A DNA stretch of 64,000 bases from contig MU053994.1 in the NCBI GenBank assembly GCA_013239625.1, forward strand, positions 186,001 to 250,000. The letters are read 5' to 3'. This document shows, in pieces, positions 26,675 to 38,599 of this stretch; within the stretch, counting starts at the first letter, position 1; each line of letters opens with the position of its first letter. The DNA is from Lama guanicoe. Taxonomy: Eukaryota. The position numbers were made by a program, and so were the translations under genes. The notes below the pieces were generated by a model. The model had not been told where the DNA came from. It ran no database searches and worked only from the letters and a program-made list of their open reading frames with translations.

Positions 26675-27057
26675 TGTATTAATCTGCTCAGGCTCCTACA
26701 ACAAAATACCACAGACTGAGTGGCTTCAATAACTGAAATTTATTTTTTCACAGTTCTGGAGGCTAGAAGTCTAACATTAAGGTGCCATCAGTGTTGGTTT
26801 CTGGTGAAGCCTCTCTTCCTGCTTTCTCACTGTGCTCTCACATGGCCTCTTCTCCGTGCACACACGGAGAAAGAAAGAGCTCTCTGGTGTCTCTTCCTTT
26901 TCTTGTAAGGACACCAGTCTGATCAGATCAGGGCTCCACTGTTATGACCTCATCTAACTTTAATTACCTCCTAAAGGCTCTGTGTCCAAATAAGTCACAT
27001 TGGGGGTTATGGCTTCAACAAATTGATTTTAGAGGGATACAGTTCAGTCCATAACAC
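26675..27057 (-). mobile_element. MLT1 solo LTR
   Basis: TGTATTAATCTGCTCAGGCT...AAAATACCACAGACTGAGTGGCTT...AGTTCAGTCCATAACA. Confidence 0.85.
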
Positions 27058-27072
27058 CACCATTTGCATGAC

Positions 27073-27073
<1 letters not shown>

Positions 27074-27126
<53 letters not shown>
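27074..27126. repeat. (TTA)~17 microsatellite
   Basis: Direct reading. Confidence 0.98.
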
Positions 27127-27573
27127 TCAATAAAATAAAAAGCCTTCCCCCTAATGCTTTATCTTCCATCCTCCTGGAAGATATTTTTAAAAGGCCACTT
27201 GCAAGGAAGTTTGGGAGACCTAGTGTTTATTTTTTCATTCTCTATATTGGGAGGCAGCAAAGGAGAAGGGAGTTGAGAAACTCTTTGGCATAATGAAAAA
27301 CGGTGCCTTCTCTGCTGGTATTTAACAGGCTAAACTCTCCTGGGGAAATGTGATGGAGAGGATAGAACTAGAGAGTACCTCGTTCTGATTCTGGGCTTGC
27401 ATTGCTCATGGTGCCTCTTTGGTTTCTGTTGTTTCATTAATGGACAGCAATTTTATGTAGTCTCCTAAGACCCAAGCATTGTTCCTCATTGCTCCATATT
27501 GCCAGATATTTTATGAGAGTTTTAGCATCTATAGTCACATATTTCCATGTACGGTATCAATTTTGATGGGCAT

Positions 27574-27992
27574 TGTGAGCTGGCCTTGAGACGAGTTAAG
27601 GCCGTGGGACCCAAGGCCATGGCCAGAGCCTTGAGATAAGTTAAGGCTGTGGGACCCAAGGCCACGACTACAGAGCATGTTTGTAGTATGCAGTAAATAA
27701 TTGCTTCACGCATGCGTCAATTATATAAGATTTAGAACAAAGAAAATAGAAGTACGCATGTGCTAGAGATATTCTGTAAGCCTAATGAACAAAGAAACTC
27801 AGACCACGCATGTGCTGACAGAAAACAGATAAAAGCGGGACAGGTGCATCATAGGCGCACCTCCCTGTGGCAATAAAGTGTTGTTAACCCCATGGTGTCT
27901 CATGAAGTCTGTAGTATGGCAACTCCTCGTGCATTTTTTTCGTTTGGGCCGCTCACCTCCTAGAACCCCACATCAGCCTCCCTCGGCTGACA
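27574..27992 (+). mobile_element. Young solo LTR, 419 bp
   Basis: TGTGAG...CTGACA termini; perfect 5-bp TSD GGCAT (27569-27573, 27993-27997); AATAAA at 27872; internal 37-bp direct repeats; CpGs retained. Confidence 0.9.
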
Positions 27993-29789
27993 GGCATGTT
28001 TTATTTTTAAGCCAAATCAGTGCTTTTAAAACTGAGTCACACTGACAGGACTGATATTTATCCAATTATATGTGTCTAGATATAGATATTTGAATTTCCA
28101 GGGTAACTGAAAACATTTTAAATGTCATTCATACCCATCAAATCTGTTTTTAAATTGTGGTTTCATTTTCACCAAAATGTTTGCCTTTGTTCAAAATCAT
28201 TAATCCATTAAGTCCAGGGAAGTTTAGCAGGGGAAATGAATGTGGTCTCTGAATTATCTAACAATCTGGTTTGAATCTGAATATCTTCACTTCCTTGAAT
28301 TGACAGCAGTATTCACATTTTTAGCCTGTGGTTTCGAGTTCAGTGTGTGCAGATGTCTTCTCACCTCAGTGAGAAAAGACAACCCCATGATTCATTTGAA
28401 CTCTAGCTGGTTGAATTTCTTAGACTTTTTAAATTACCGAGATGTCAGGCTCAAGAAAGCAGTTCAGTAAATCTCACAAATGACCACAAATTAATAATCT
28501 CACTGCATTAAAATAAAATAAATATTCATTATCTGCCTTATTGTTTTTACACACGGCCCCTAAACTCGCAAAGCTTCAAAGTACACACATGGAACAATTC
28601 TCCTTCTTGTGCCACTTCATCTGCAATGGATGACTTTGCCTAATGAGGTCATTATTCTCCTAATGATCATTGCAGTAAAAGGTAGCCACACCAACCCTCT
28701 GCTTTAGACTTGAATAAACCAGTGAAACATATTTTTTAACCATTTATTGTCTGTGACCCATAAGTGACAAATGAACTCTGCTTTCCTATAGATGATCAAG
28801 TGTTTCAGAGCTCTGCAGTCTTCTTCCCTTTAATACCCAAATCACTACAATTCAAATGCCAGAGAGTGCCTAGAAGTCCAATGTCTTTTCTTAGATATTT
28901 CCAGGAATTTTCAGAGTGTTGGTATCCCCCTGATTGTCTCCTGCTGTTCCTCTGGGTCACCTCTGATCATCTCATTATTTTTTCTCTCTGCTGCCTCGGC
29001 CTCTTCTAGTCTATTTCACCCTATGGCCAGTTTGTGCCTTATCCACCAAGATGACCATTAATTCAAGCTCTGCTGCTGTGTTGTGCTGGTTAATCAGCTT
29101 TAGTTGAGACATATAAACAACGGAAAGGAATTACAATATGTGAAAGGGAAGACCAACAATCATTATTGTGTGTCCCTGTTCTCCCAGATCATCACCATGA
29201 ACAGGAAAGTCCCTTAATGGCCATGTCCTCTCTTGGGCCAAAACTTCTGTCCTATTCTGAGGTCTGTTCCTCATCTCTGTAAAAACCACTTCTATCCACC
29301 ACTTCATTCTCTTTCATAGTCTCCAGTGCAAGCCTCACATCAGGTAACACTAAGTTTCTCCACCCAAGGACATACCTTTCATTTTATTGTGCGGAGCAGT
29401 TTAGCTTTTCTCTGACTCGACCTCTAACCTCTAGACCAGGCAGTGCCCTTGAATCGCCAAAAAGCCCATCAAAGTGCCTTCAAAAGAACAGCATCTCCCC
29501 AAAACAAGTTCTGCCCCCAACTGCCAGAGCAACCTGTACACACTGAACGTGCTTCTAATATGTCAGATTTTTAAACCACTTTGTTTTAAAATGATTTCAA
29601 GCATGCATAAGAGTTATCAGAATAGGACAAAGAAACCCAGTGTGCTCTTGACCCAGATTTACCAAGTATTACCATTTTCTCAGATTTACATGATCATTCT
29701 CTCTCCATATTATTTTCTGAACCATTTGGGAATAAGTTGCCTACACTGACTCTTAAACAGTTCTCTGTGTATTTCCTAAGAGCAAGGTC

Positions 29790-30230
29790 ATCACCAGTAA
29801 TGTGACAAACCAACATCATGTGCCTGCTGATGTGATGCCCTGAGAAGGACACACATCACTTCTAGCATATTCCTGCCCAAAAGGCATAACACGAGTCTAG
29901 TCATGAACAAATACAATACACACCTCAAATGGGGGACCTCCTATAAAATAACCAGTCTGTGTTCTTCAAACATGCCACAATCAGGAAAGAAAATAAGGCC
30001 TAGGGAACGAGTCCAGAATGTAGGAGACCAGAGATATGTGACAGCTGGATTCCATGCACCATCTCAGGCTGGATCCTAAAGCACAAAAACAAAAACAAAA
30101 GCAAAAATCACACAAAGAGCATTATTAAGATAGTTGGTCAACTCTAAATATGAACTGTAGATTAGACAATAATGTTGTATCTGTGTTCTATCTCATAATT
30201 TTGATAATTTTACTGTGGTTATGTATGTTA
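29790..30230 (+). mobile_element. Old L1 (L1MC-type) 3' UTR fragment
   Basis: CATCACCAGTAAT...CATCATGTGCCTGCTGATGTGATGCCCTGAGAAGGACACACATCACTTC. Confidence 0.65.
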
Positions 30231-30924
30231 ACAGATTTTTGTGTGTGACCACACGTGTTTATGTGAAATATCTTCGATTTCTCCCTAGCAAGCAGTCAGA
30301 CCCAGTTAGTTTTGTTAGGCAAGGCATTATTTGCTGAAAGTATCAAGGGACCTAGACCTCAGGGTCATACGAAATGAATATACCTTTTCTCTTGGAGAGA
30401 ATCCTATTCCTAGAAGAGCCAGCACTCTCCTCTCTCTCATCTGGCTAGCACTTAAGTTACTGATTAACATCTTCACCAGGATGAGCCCTTACTAAGTGCC
30501 CAAGGTGGGGCTGTGGGAGCTCAGATGTATCCTGGGGCAAGGAAGAGGGACAGTGGAGACACAGAGACAGAGCTTTCCTCCTTCAGGTCAAGGTGAAATA
30601 TGCAGGAGTTCGTTGTAGGGACCTCACACTTGTGGCTCAACAAACTGTTTCAGGTTTCTTGTGCTGAGCTGGTTATGCACGCATGTGGTTACTGCAGGAA
30701 ACTGTCAGTGACATCCAGACTGTCAGAAGGAGATGAGAAATCAAGCGCTATTCTGATCAGTCCTGTGGGGAAGAGTTATAATATGTGTTGCAAACCGACG
30801 CAGGATAGCAGAGTTCAGTCCAGGACTCTTGAGAAAGTGGCTGATGCTCAGACATTGATTTTATTATTTACATGAAGCTTTACAAAATGATCCTGGTGGC
30901 CTGAATAAGCAGCAATACATCAGA

Positions 30925-31660
30925 CTGCCCAGATTCAAATCTCAGCTCTGGCATCAAGCAGCCATGTGACTCTGGGCAAGCTACTTTATCTCCTTGGGGC
31001 TCTTGTCTCTCCTCTGTAAAGTAATGTATGAGTTTTCTATTGCTACTGTAACAAACTACCCACAGACGACTGACTTCAAACAGCACAGACTTGCTTTCTT
31101 AAGAGTTCTGGAGGTCAGAGGTCTGGAACCACTTTCACGGGGCTAAAATCAAGGTGTCAATAGATCAGCATTCCTTCCGGAGGCTCCAGAAGAGAATCCA
31201 CTTCCTTGCCTTTTGCAGATTTCAGAGCTGCATTCCTTGCATGGCTTCGCTCAAGGCCTCTTCTTCCACCTTCATGGTCAGCAGTGGAGCATCTTCTCTC
31301 CTCTCTGAACTCTGCTTCATCCCTCACATCCTCTTCCGGTGCCTCTGAGCCTCCTACTTCCCTCTAATAAGGACCCTTACGTTGGCCCACCTGGAATAAT
31401 TCGTGATAATCTCCCCATCTCAAAAACATTTAAGTTAATCATGTTTGCAAAGTCCTCTTAACCATGTAAAGTAACATTCACAGGTTCTAGGAATAAGTAT
31501 CTTCACATCCTTGGTGGGGGGCGGGGAGCAACATTCATTCTACTACAAATGGATATGATAATTTTGCACTACTTAGAGGGTGGTTATGAAAAGTAAATGA
31601 GATAAAGCACATAAAGACACCTGGCATGTATAAAATGCTTTACAGATATTAGCTGTTGTT
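30925..31660. mobile_element. MIR split by a minus-strand MLT1 LTR (~31026-31547)
   Basis: MIR 5' half (TTCAAATCTCAGCTCTG...CTCTGTAAA), then TGTATGAGTTTTCTATTGCTACTGTAACAAACTACC...CATTCTACTACA, then MIR 3' half (TAAATGAGATAA...CCTGGCATG). Confidence 0.75.
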
Positions 31661-33669
31661 AAGATGAAAATAAGACTGTAAAAATAGTTTTTCAAGAAAA
31701 GAAAGAAAAGAGTTAATTTACATAGGAAGCGGAAGCATACTGGAAAGTTTTCAATTCAAATCAATGATTAGTGAGAGAAAATAGGTAAGCTTTCTTCCTT
31801 TTCTTCCTTATTCTGATGAATAAACATGTACAAATCACATTGAACCTAAAGAGTTAAATTTTGAACCCTCATCACCAGACATTTTCCTTTCTATTGAATG
31901 GAAATACCAGATCAAACTCTGTCCTTAATGCCTTTCATCACCTAATCAGTAAATTGCCCCTTCCTCCCTGAATGTCTCATCCTTTACTTTGTTATTTTCT
32001 CCTTCAAGCAGAAAATAGAACTTCTGGACCCCATTCCAGCTGCCTTATTCAACTTTTCACTAACCTTAAAGACCGTGGTTATGGAATAAAAGTGGGTTTC
32101 ATTACACTGTGCTTTAGTAGGACCCCTTCTAGGTATAAGTGATAGAAAGCCCACTCGAACTGTTTTTGTTTTTTAAAGCAGGAAGTGGTAGTGGTGTGAA
32201 TTTATGGCTTGTGTAACTGGGTTGGATGCTAGAATGTGGCAACTTCAAGAGTGAATGACTTAGTCGCCTACTATCAGCACTTACAGAGATGATCTCAGTG
32301 AAGAGAGCCATCTTGCCCAAGATCACTCAGTCATCCCAGCTTCCAATCATCCCACAGGATTGCTGAGGCCTTCTTGTGACCACATGATAATTCAACTTCT
32401 CCTTCTGCCCACTCCCGTTTTCTTATCTTTCCTTCCTTACCGTGGGTGTGTGCTTCCAAGGAAACTCAAATAGAACTCCTGAACACTAATCTCTGTCTCA
32501 CAGTGTACTTCCAGGAAACTCAGTCTCTAAGAATAACCGAAACGTCCCAGTGTTTCAGGTAGATCAGACCCAAGAATGCAAACATCGTCATCATTTATCT
32601 CCAAACCTCTCAATCCTTCCCCAGCTACTGATCACATTTTGTGTTGGCATAATTCTTACGCAGCTTCTTAGCACAAGGTAGTGGAGATGGTCTATGGTAG
32701 CAGCAGCTTTACATCATTCACAGAGAGAGAAAGCTTCATTCCTCTCCTCCATAGTCCCTAACAACTCCCTCCTCATGTAAATAACTCAAATTGGCCTTGT
32801 TTGAGTCAAACGCACACCCTGGGGACAATCACTATGTCCAGGGAAATGAAGTCCTCTCATTGGTCATCCTTAAGCAAGGACAGTGGGGCCACATAACTAA
32901 TGGACACATATAAAGTGGACTCAAGACAGTTCTGAAAAGAATAGCACACATAGTAGAGATAAAAGGAACAGAAATCCATTTTTCCTCGTCACCAGGGATG
33001 AAATTCACTAAGAATTTTCATGCGATAACATACCTCCCTTTTGTCAGCATTTCATATATACTTGGAATAAATTAAGAGTCTAATTTTTTAATTTGACAAA
33101 TCAAGAAGGAATTATACTCAGGATGCAAAATCAAGGAATTAGTTAGCAATTCTTTTTTTTTCCCCCTCAGCAAGGGGTGTCTAGGATTTCAATTACAAGC
33201 ATGATGGTGTTGATCATTACTGCCTACTGGAAGAGGTGAGTACTTTCTCACATTCACTACAGTCTAACTTGACACTAACAGCTTAGGAGGCAATGGAAGC
33301 CTGGTGTCTGGGAGGAGATAAACTGTTAGCTAACACATAGAGGTTCAGTTTTCTTTATTCTCTGTCCAGTCAATACAAGTCAACCAAAACCTGTTGTTGC
33401 TTCTTTATCAAACTCCCTGCCTGTCTTTTCGAAGAGCAGAGCACATTGAAATTTACTTGAACAGTGTTCTCAAAAGGGAAGTTATTTTCCATAAAAGAAA
33501 AATTTTACTCTTCATTGCAACTGATCTATCTCTCTTCCTCCAGCTGTGAAACTGATTAAGGTTCTTAAAGGCTCTCAAGGCATCTCTACTCACAGCCTTG
33601 TGATTACTTTTATAAAGAAAAAAAAGCAATAGAAGGGAATGGTTGATTACTCACAAAAAAACTTTTTTT

Positions 33670-36228
33670 AATTGAAGTATAGTTGATTTACGATATTGTG
33701 TTCGTTTTCAGTGTATGGCAAAGTGATTCAGTTTTATATACATATATATATACCAGTTTTACATATATATATATATATATATATTCTTTTTCATAGTCTT
33801 TTCCACTATGGTTTATTACAGGATATTGTGTACATTTCCCTGTGCTATAGACTAGGACCTTGTTGTTTATCTATCTTATATATAGTAGTTTGTATTTACT
33901 AATCCTAGATTCCTAATTTATCCCTCCCCATCCCATTTCCCCACTGGTAACCATAAATTTGTTTTATCTGTCTGTGAGTCTGTTTCTCTTTTGTAAATAA
34001 GTTCATTTCTGTCATATTTTAGATTCCACATATAAGTGCTATCACATGGTATTTGTCTTTCTCTTTCTGACTTACTTCATTCGGTATAATAGTCTCTGGG
34101 TCCATCCATGTTGCTGCAAATGGCATTATTTCATTCTTTTTATGGCTGAGTAGCATTCCATTGTGTATATATACTACATCTTCTTTAGCCAGTCATCTGT
34201 TGATAGATATTTAGGTTGCTTCCATGTCTTGCCTATTGTAAATAGTGCTGCTATGAACATTAGGATGAATGTATCTTTTTGAATTAGAATTTTCTCCAGA
34301 TATAGGCCCAGCAATGGGATTGCTGGATCATATGGGAACTCTATTTTTAGTTTTTTAAGGAACCTCTATACTGTTTTCCATAGTGGATGCACCAATTTAC
34401 ATTACCCCCAACAATGTAGGAGGGTCCCCTTTTCTCCACACCCTCTCCAGCATTTGTTACTTGTAGATTTTTAATGGTGGCCATTCTGACTGCTGTGAGG
34501 TGGTACATCATTGTAGTTTTGATTTGCATTTCTCTGATAATTAGCAATGTCGACAATCTTTTCATGTGCTTATTGGCCATCTCTATGTCTTCTTTGGAGA
34601 AATACGTATTTAGGTCTTCTGCACATTCTTTGATTGGGTTGTTTGGTTTTTTTGTTATTGTATAAACTGTTTGTATATTTTTGAAATTAAGCCATTGTCA
34701 GTTGCATCATTTGCAAATATTTTCTCCCAGTCCATGGGTTGTCTTTTTGTTTTGTTTATGGTTTCCTTTGCTGTGCAAAAGCTTATAAGTTTGATTAGGT
34801 CTCATTTGTTTATTTGTATTTTTATTTCTATTGCCTTGGGAGACTGACCTAAGGAAACATTGATACCATTTATGATGGAGAATATTTTGCCTATATTCTC
34901 TTCTAGGAGTTTTGTGGAGTCATGTCTTATATTTAAGTCTTTAAACCATTTTGAGTTTATTTTTGTGTATGGAGTGAAGGAGTGTTCTAACTTCGTTGAT
35001 TTAAATGCGGCTGTCCAGCTTTCCCAATACCACTTGCCAAAGAGACTTTCTTTTCTCCATTGTATATTCTTGCCTCCTTTGTCAAAGATTAATTGATTGT
35101 AGGTGTGTGGGTTTATTTCTGGGTTCTCTATTCTGTTCCATTGATGCATATGTCTGTTTTTGCAAATACCACACTGTTTGATTACTGTAGCTCTGTAGTA
35201 TTGTCTGAAGTCTGGGAGGGTTTTGTCTCCAACTTTGTTTTTTTTTCCAGCCAAAGCAATCCTGAGTGTTTTATCGTTTCATGTAAATTTTAGAATTATT
35301 TGTTCTAGTTCTGTGAAAAGTGTCATGGATAATTTGATAGGGTTCACATTAAATATGTAGATTGCTTTGGGTAGTGTGGTCATTTTACGCCCCAACCATG
35401 GAAGCAGCAATCTGTTCAGATGTCTTGTAGGCACTGAGTTTACAAAGTGCCTGTGGCAGCATAAATCCACGGATTGCACAGCTGCTAGGACACTCACATT
35501 TCAGCCCTGCTTCTGAAGGCACTTGGCACCTGGGGATGGGTTTGGATTTCAGCCCTATTTCCCACATGTGGGCAACCCACCAGAGCTTGCAAGCTCCTAG
35601 AGCTCACAGAGCTGGAGCCACGCCCACTGTGAGCACACTTAGAATGAGTCTGCTATGGCAGCGCAGCCCCTCCCTTTGAGCACACACGTTAACGTCAGTG
35701 GTGGACCTGGGCTTCTTCCTGTGCACACCCCCGGTTGTGCCCTGGAGCACGCTCCAGCCCCTTTAGGCTGTCTCAATGCAGCCAGCCCCAGTCTTCTCCC
35801 TGGGTCTGTCCTCTGAAGCCCAAGTTTCAGCACTGAGCCCCCATGCGCACCAGCAGATGCATGTCTCAGGCTGGGGAGTGCAGCGAGGTGGCGCCGACCC
35901 TCTACATGCTGGTCTCTCTCTGTTCTGCCCACCCCAGACGGACTGCTGCACTCTCTTCCGAGCCTCTGAAGCTCCCTTTCTGTCCTAGCTGATCTCTCCG
36001 CTGTTTAAGGGGCTTTCCAAGGTGAGGGAACTTTTCCTGTCCTTTTTTCCTTCATCTTACTCGGTTATGAAGCCATCTTTCTTGCAAGTTAGGTTTTATG
36101 AGATCTTCTGCCAGGGTTCAGCAGGTATTCTGTGAAAATTGTTCCATATGTAGATGTGTTTCTGATATATTTGTGACAGCAGGTGAGCTCCATGTCCTTC
36201 TATTCTTCTATCTTGATCTGGTCACCTC
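33670..36228 (-). mobile_element. L1 with both termini but a large internal deletion (5' UTR ~36228-35386 joined to ORF2 C-terminus and 3' UTR ~35385-33670)
   Basis: Minus-strand ORF2 peptides ([38 protein letters not shown]). Right end reads GATCAAGATAGAAGAATAGAAGGACATGGAGCTCACC on the minus strand, like an L1 5' terminus. TSD CAAAAA(A/T)ACTTTTTTT at 33654-33669 and 36229-36244. Confidence 0.85.
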
Positions 36229-37789
36229 CAAAAATACTTTTTTTGAATTTTCTTCTCAAATTGTGGAGGAAGGGGAAAGGAACATACAAGGAATGTTATT
36301 TCCTAGTATGTGAGTGTTCATGGTCCCCTTCCCACTGATTCCACAGCAGACCACAGGCATCAGAAGGTAGATGTGAAAACATGAGAGAGACTTAAAGATT
36401 AAGCTAGGATAAGGGAAGATCAACCAGTGGCTGAGGGAGAGAAAAGAGGGGAGAGGTAGAGAGGTGAAGACCTTGATAAGTTTCAGAGAACTTGGTGGAG
36501 GATCAGTTATCCCCATGGAAGGGTTTGAGAGTGGCAAAATGAGGGAGAGCAGATTTCAAGATGTTTTTTCCTCATCAGGCATATATGTCTCACTTCCATA
36601 ATTACGTGAGAAAATAAGCACAGGTGTGAATTACTTTCTGTATCAGGCAAAGACCAGTCAGAAAAACAGAAACCATCATACTTCAACAGAGGGAATGTCA
36701 CACCAGGAATTTGTTACATGGACGGAAAGTGGAGAATCCCAACATGGGTGCAGAGGCAACGTAAAGACGAATAACCACAGGAAGTGGTGACCACCCTCAG
36801 GGCTGGGGGGATCGTGGGAGGAGATGGTGTAACTCAAGCCCCGAAGCAAGGACCATCTGGCAGGAGCTAAAACTACAGTGGTGATGGCCAGCAGGAGCTC
36901 ATGCCACAGAGTGAAAGACTGACTGGTGGAAGCTGGAGCCTCCATTGGAAATGTAGCCACTTCCCAGATGCCACTTGAAGCAGAGAGCTGGGGGAAGAAA
37001 CACTCTGGCTTCTCTCTTGCCCCTCATTCCCCAGTTTGGCTGAACATACCAGAAGCCAGAGGGCCAAGAAGCCCGGCAAATACAATTCTCTCTGAAACAG
37101 AACAGAGCAAGGAGAGGGTGAGGAATAGATCTCAGAGCAAAGAGGCAAATAACTGGAATGTAACTTGACTGTCTAACTGTGTTTCTTTGAATTCCTCTCT
37201 GTGTGTAACTGAACCATGAAGCCAACTGTCCTTTATGTGGGTTACACATGATTCAAGAGCAATGTAGAAGGTCACAGTTGAGTACTTTCCTTTAATATTA
37301 AAAAGTGAGAAATAATATTCCTTTACCCTTTGTCTTAATTCTGCAGCGTGCCTCAAGTATAAACAGCAACCAAAAGAGTTCATGTCTCTCTTTCTTTTTT
37401 TTCCTTCTTTTGTTCCCTTTTTCCTCTCCAATTCCTTCTTTTACCTCTCTATTCACTATAGCTGTTGTACAGTCACCCTTATGCAGTTGGTAAACTTTGA
37501 TCTCACAGTGGGGTTACCATCCTACCCTTCTGTCTCTTTCATGTCCTGAAGATTATAGTGATATTCAGGGGAAAAATGCTAAATCTGGCTTTTGGCATCT
37601 ACCACATCTGACGTACCTTTGTTCTGACCCTATTTACATACCTCACCTAGAAAAATGCCATGTCCACCTGGCAGTACTACAGTCATTAAAACATTTTGGT
37701 ATATTTGTTATGCCTTCTTTTCCTGTAGTTGTTTTGGGAGTGATTTTGGATGGGGTTGGCATGGCCAAGCTTTTATTCTGGTACCATGG

Positions 37790-38130
37790 TTAGAAGTATA
37801 GCCAAATTGCTTGGGTTTCAAATCACATCTGGCTTCCTAATTGCATGACCTTGGCCAAGTAACTTAACTGCTCTGGGTCTGTTTCCTCATCTGTAAATGT
37901 AATCATAATAATAGAAACTAATTTAAAGATTCAATTGTTAGAATAAAATGAATTTATTTATATACTGAATTTATATGTATGTATATGTGTCTTTGTATAC
38001 ACATGTATATATGTATCAACTCAAATATACATATATATGTGTATCTATGTACATACACGTGTACACACACATAGCCTAGAAAATTGGCATAATGTAAGCA
38101 TTTTATGAATGTCAGCCATCACTATTGTTA
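37790..38130. mobile_element. MIR with an internal (TA/CA) low-complexity tract
   Basis: TGACCTTGGCCAAGTAACTTAAC...GTTTCCTCATCTGTAAA. Confidence 0.8.
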
Positions 38131-38329
38131 TTTTTTTCTCAATAAGACTGTAAATGCTGTTCCAGCCTGTCAAAAGATATCACATCTATTTAATGTTTTG
38201 TACCTAGCATGAAATCATGGCTAGTTGGATGACTTTTTAAAACTTGCCACTTGATAACTGATCAGTCAAAAAGTTAATTCACTGTGTAAAACACATCCCA
38301 TGATTTGCACTGTTATTTGTGTCTCAGTT

Positions 38330-38554
38330 GTAGAATTAGTTTCATTTCCTAGACTTTTTTTCTGTCTTTTTTTTTGTGGTTTAAAGATTTAAATTTGTTA
38401 TGAAAATGAGCTTTTCAGTTGACCAATGATTAGCTAATTTCTGATAATAGAAAAGGAAACCGATTGCCCCAAGGCTGCTGTTTTCATTTCCTCATGGGAA
38501 GAAGAAACATAGCAGAGAAGAAAGGCGGACTCAAGGCATTGAACCTCTGCCACC
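38330..38554 (+). promoter_or_regulatory. CYBB: CYBB proximal promoter and short 5' UTR
   Basis: CCAAT 38423-38427, GATA TGATAA 38442-38447, ISRE-like AGAAAAGGAAACCG 38449-38462, PU.1/IRF element TTTTCATTTCCTC 38481-38493, second composite AGTTTCATTTCCT 38338-38350. Layout matches my recollection of the human gp91phox promoter. Confidence 0.9.
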
Positions 38555-38599
38555 ATGGGGAACTGGGCTGTGAATGAGGGCCTCTCCATCTTTGTCATT
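38555..38599 (+). CDS. CYBB: CYBB exon 1 coding part, MGNWAVNEGLSIFVI
   Basis: Perfect Kozak GCCACCATGG; 15 codons; donor ATT|gtaagt. Confidence 0.99.

Noticed and set aside
27583..27664. 37-bp direct repeats resembling a CRISPR repeat-spacer unit
   Set aside because: Only two units with an 8-bp spacer, inside a TSD-flanked LTR of a mammalian genome; an LTR U3 duplication.
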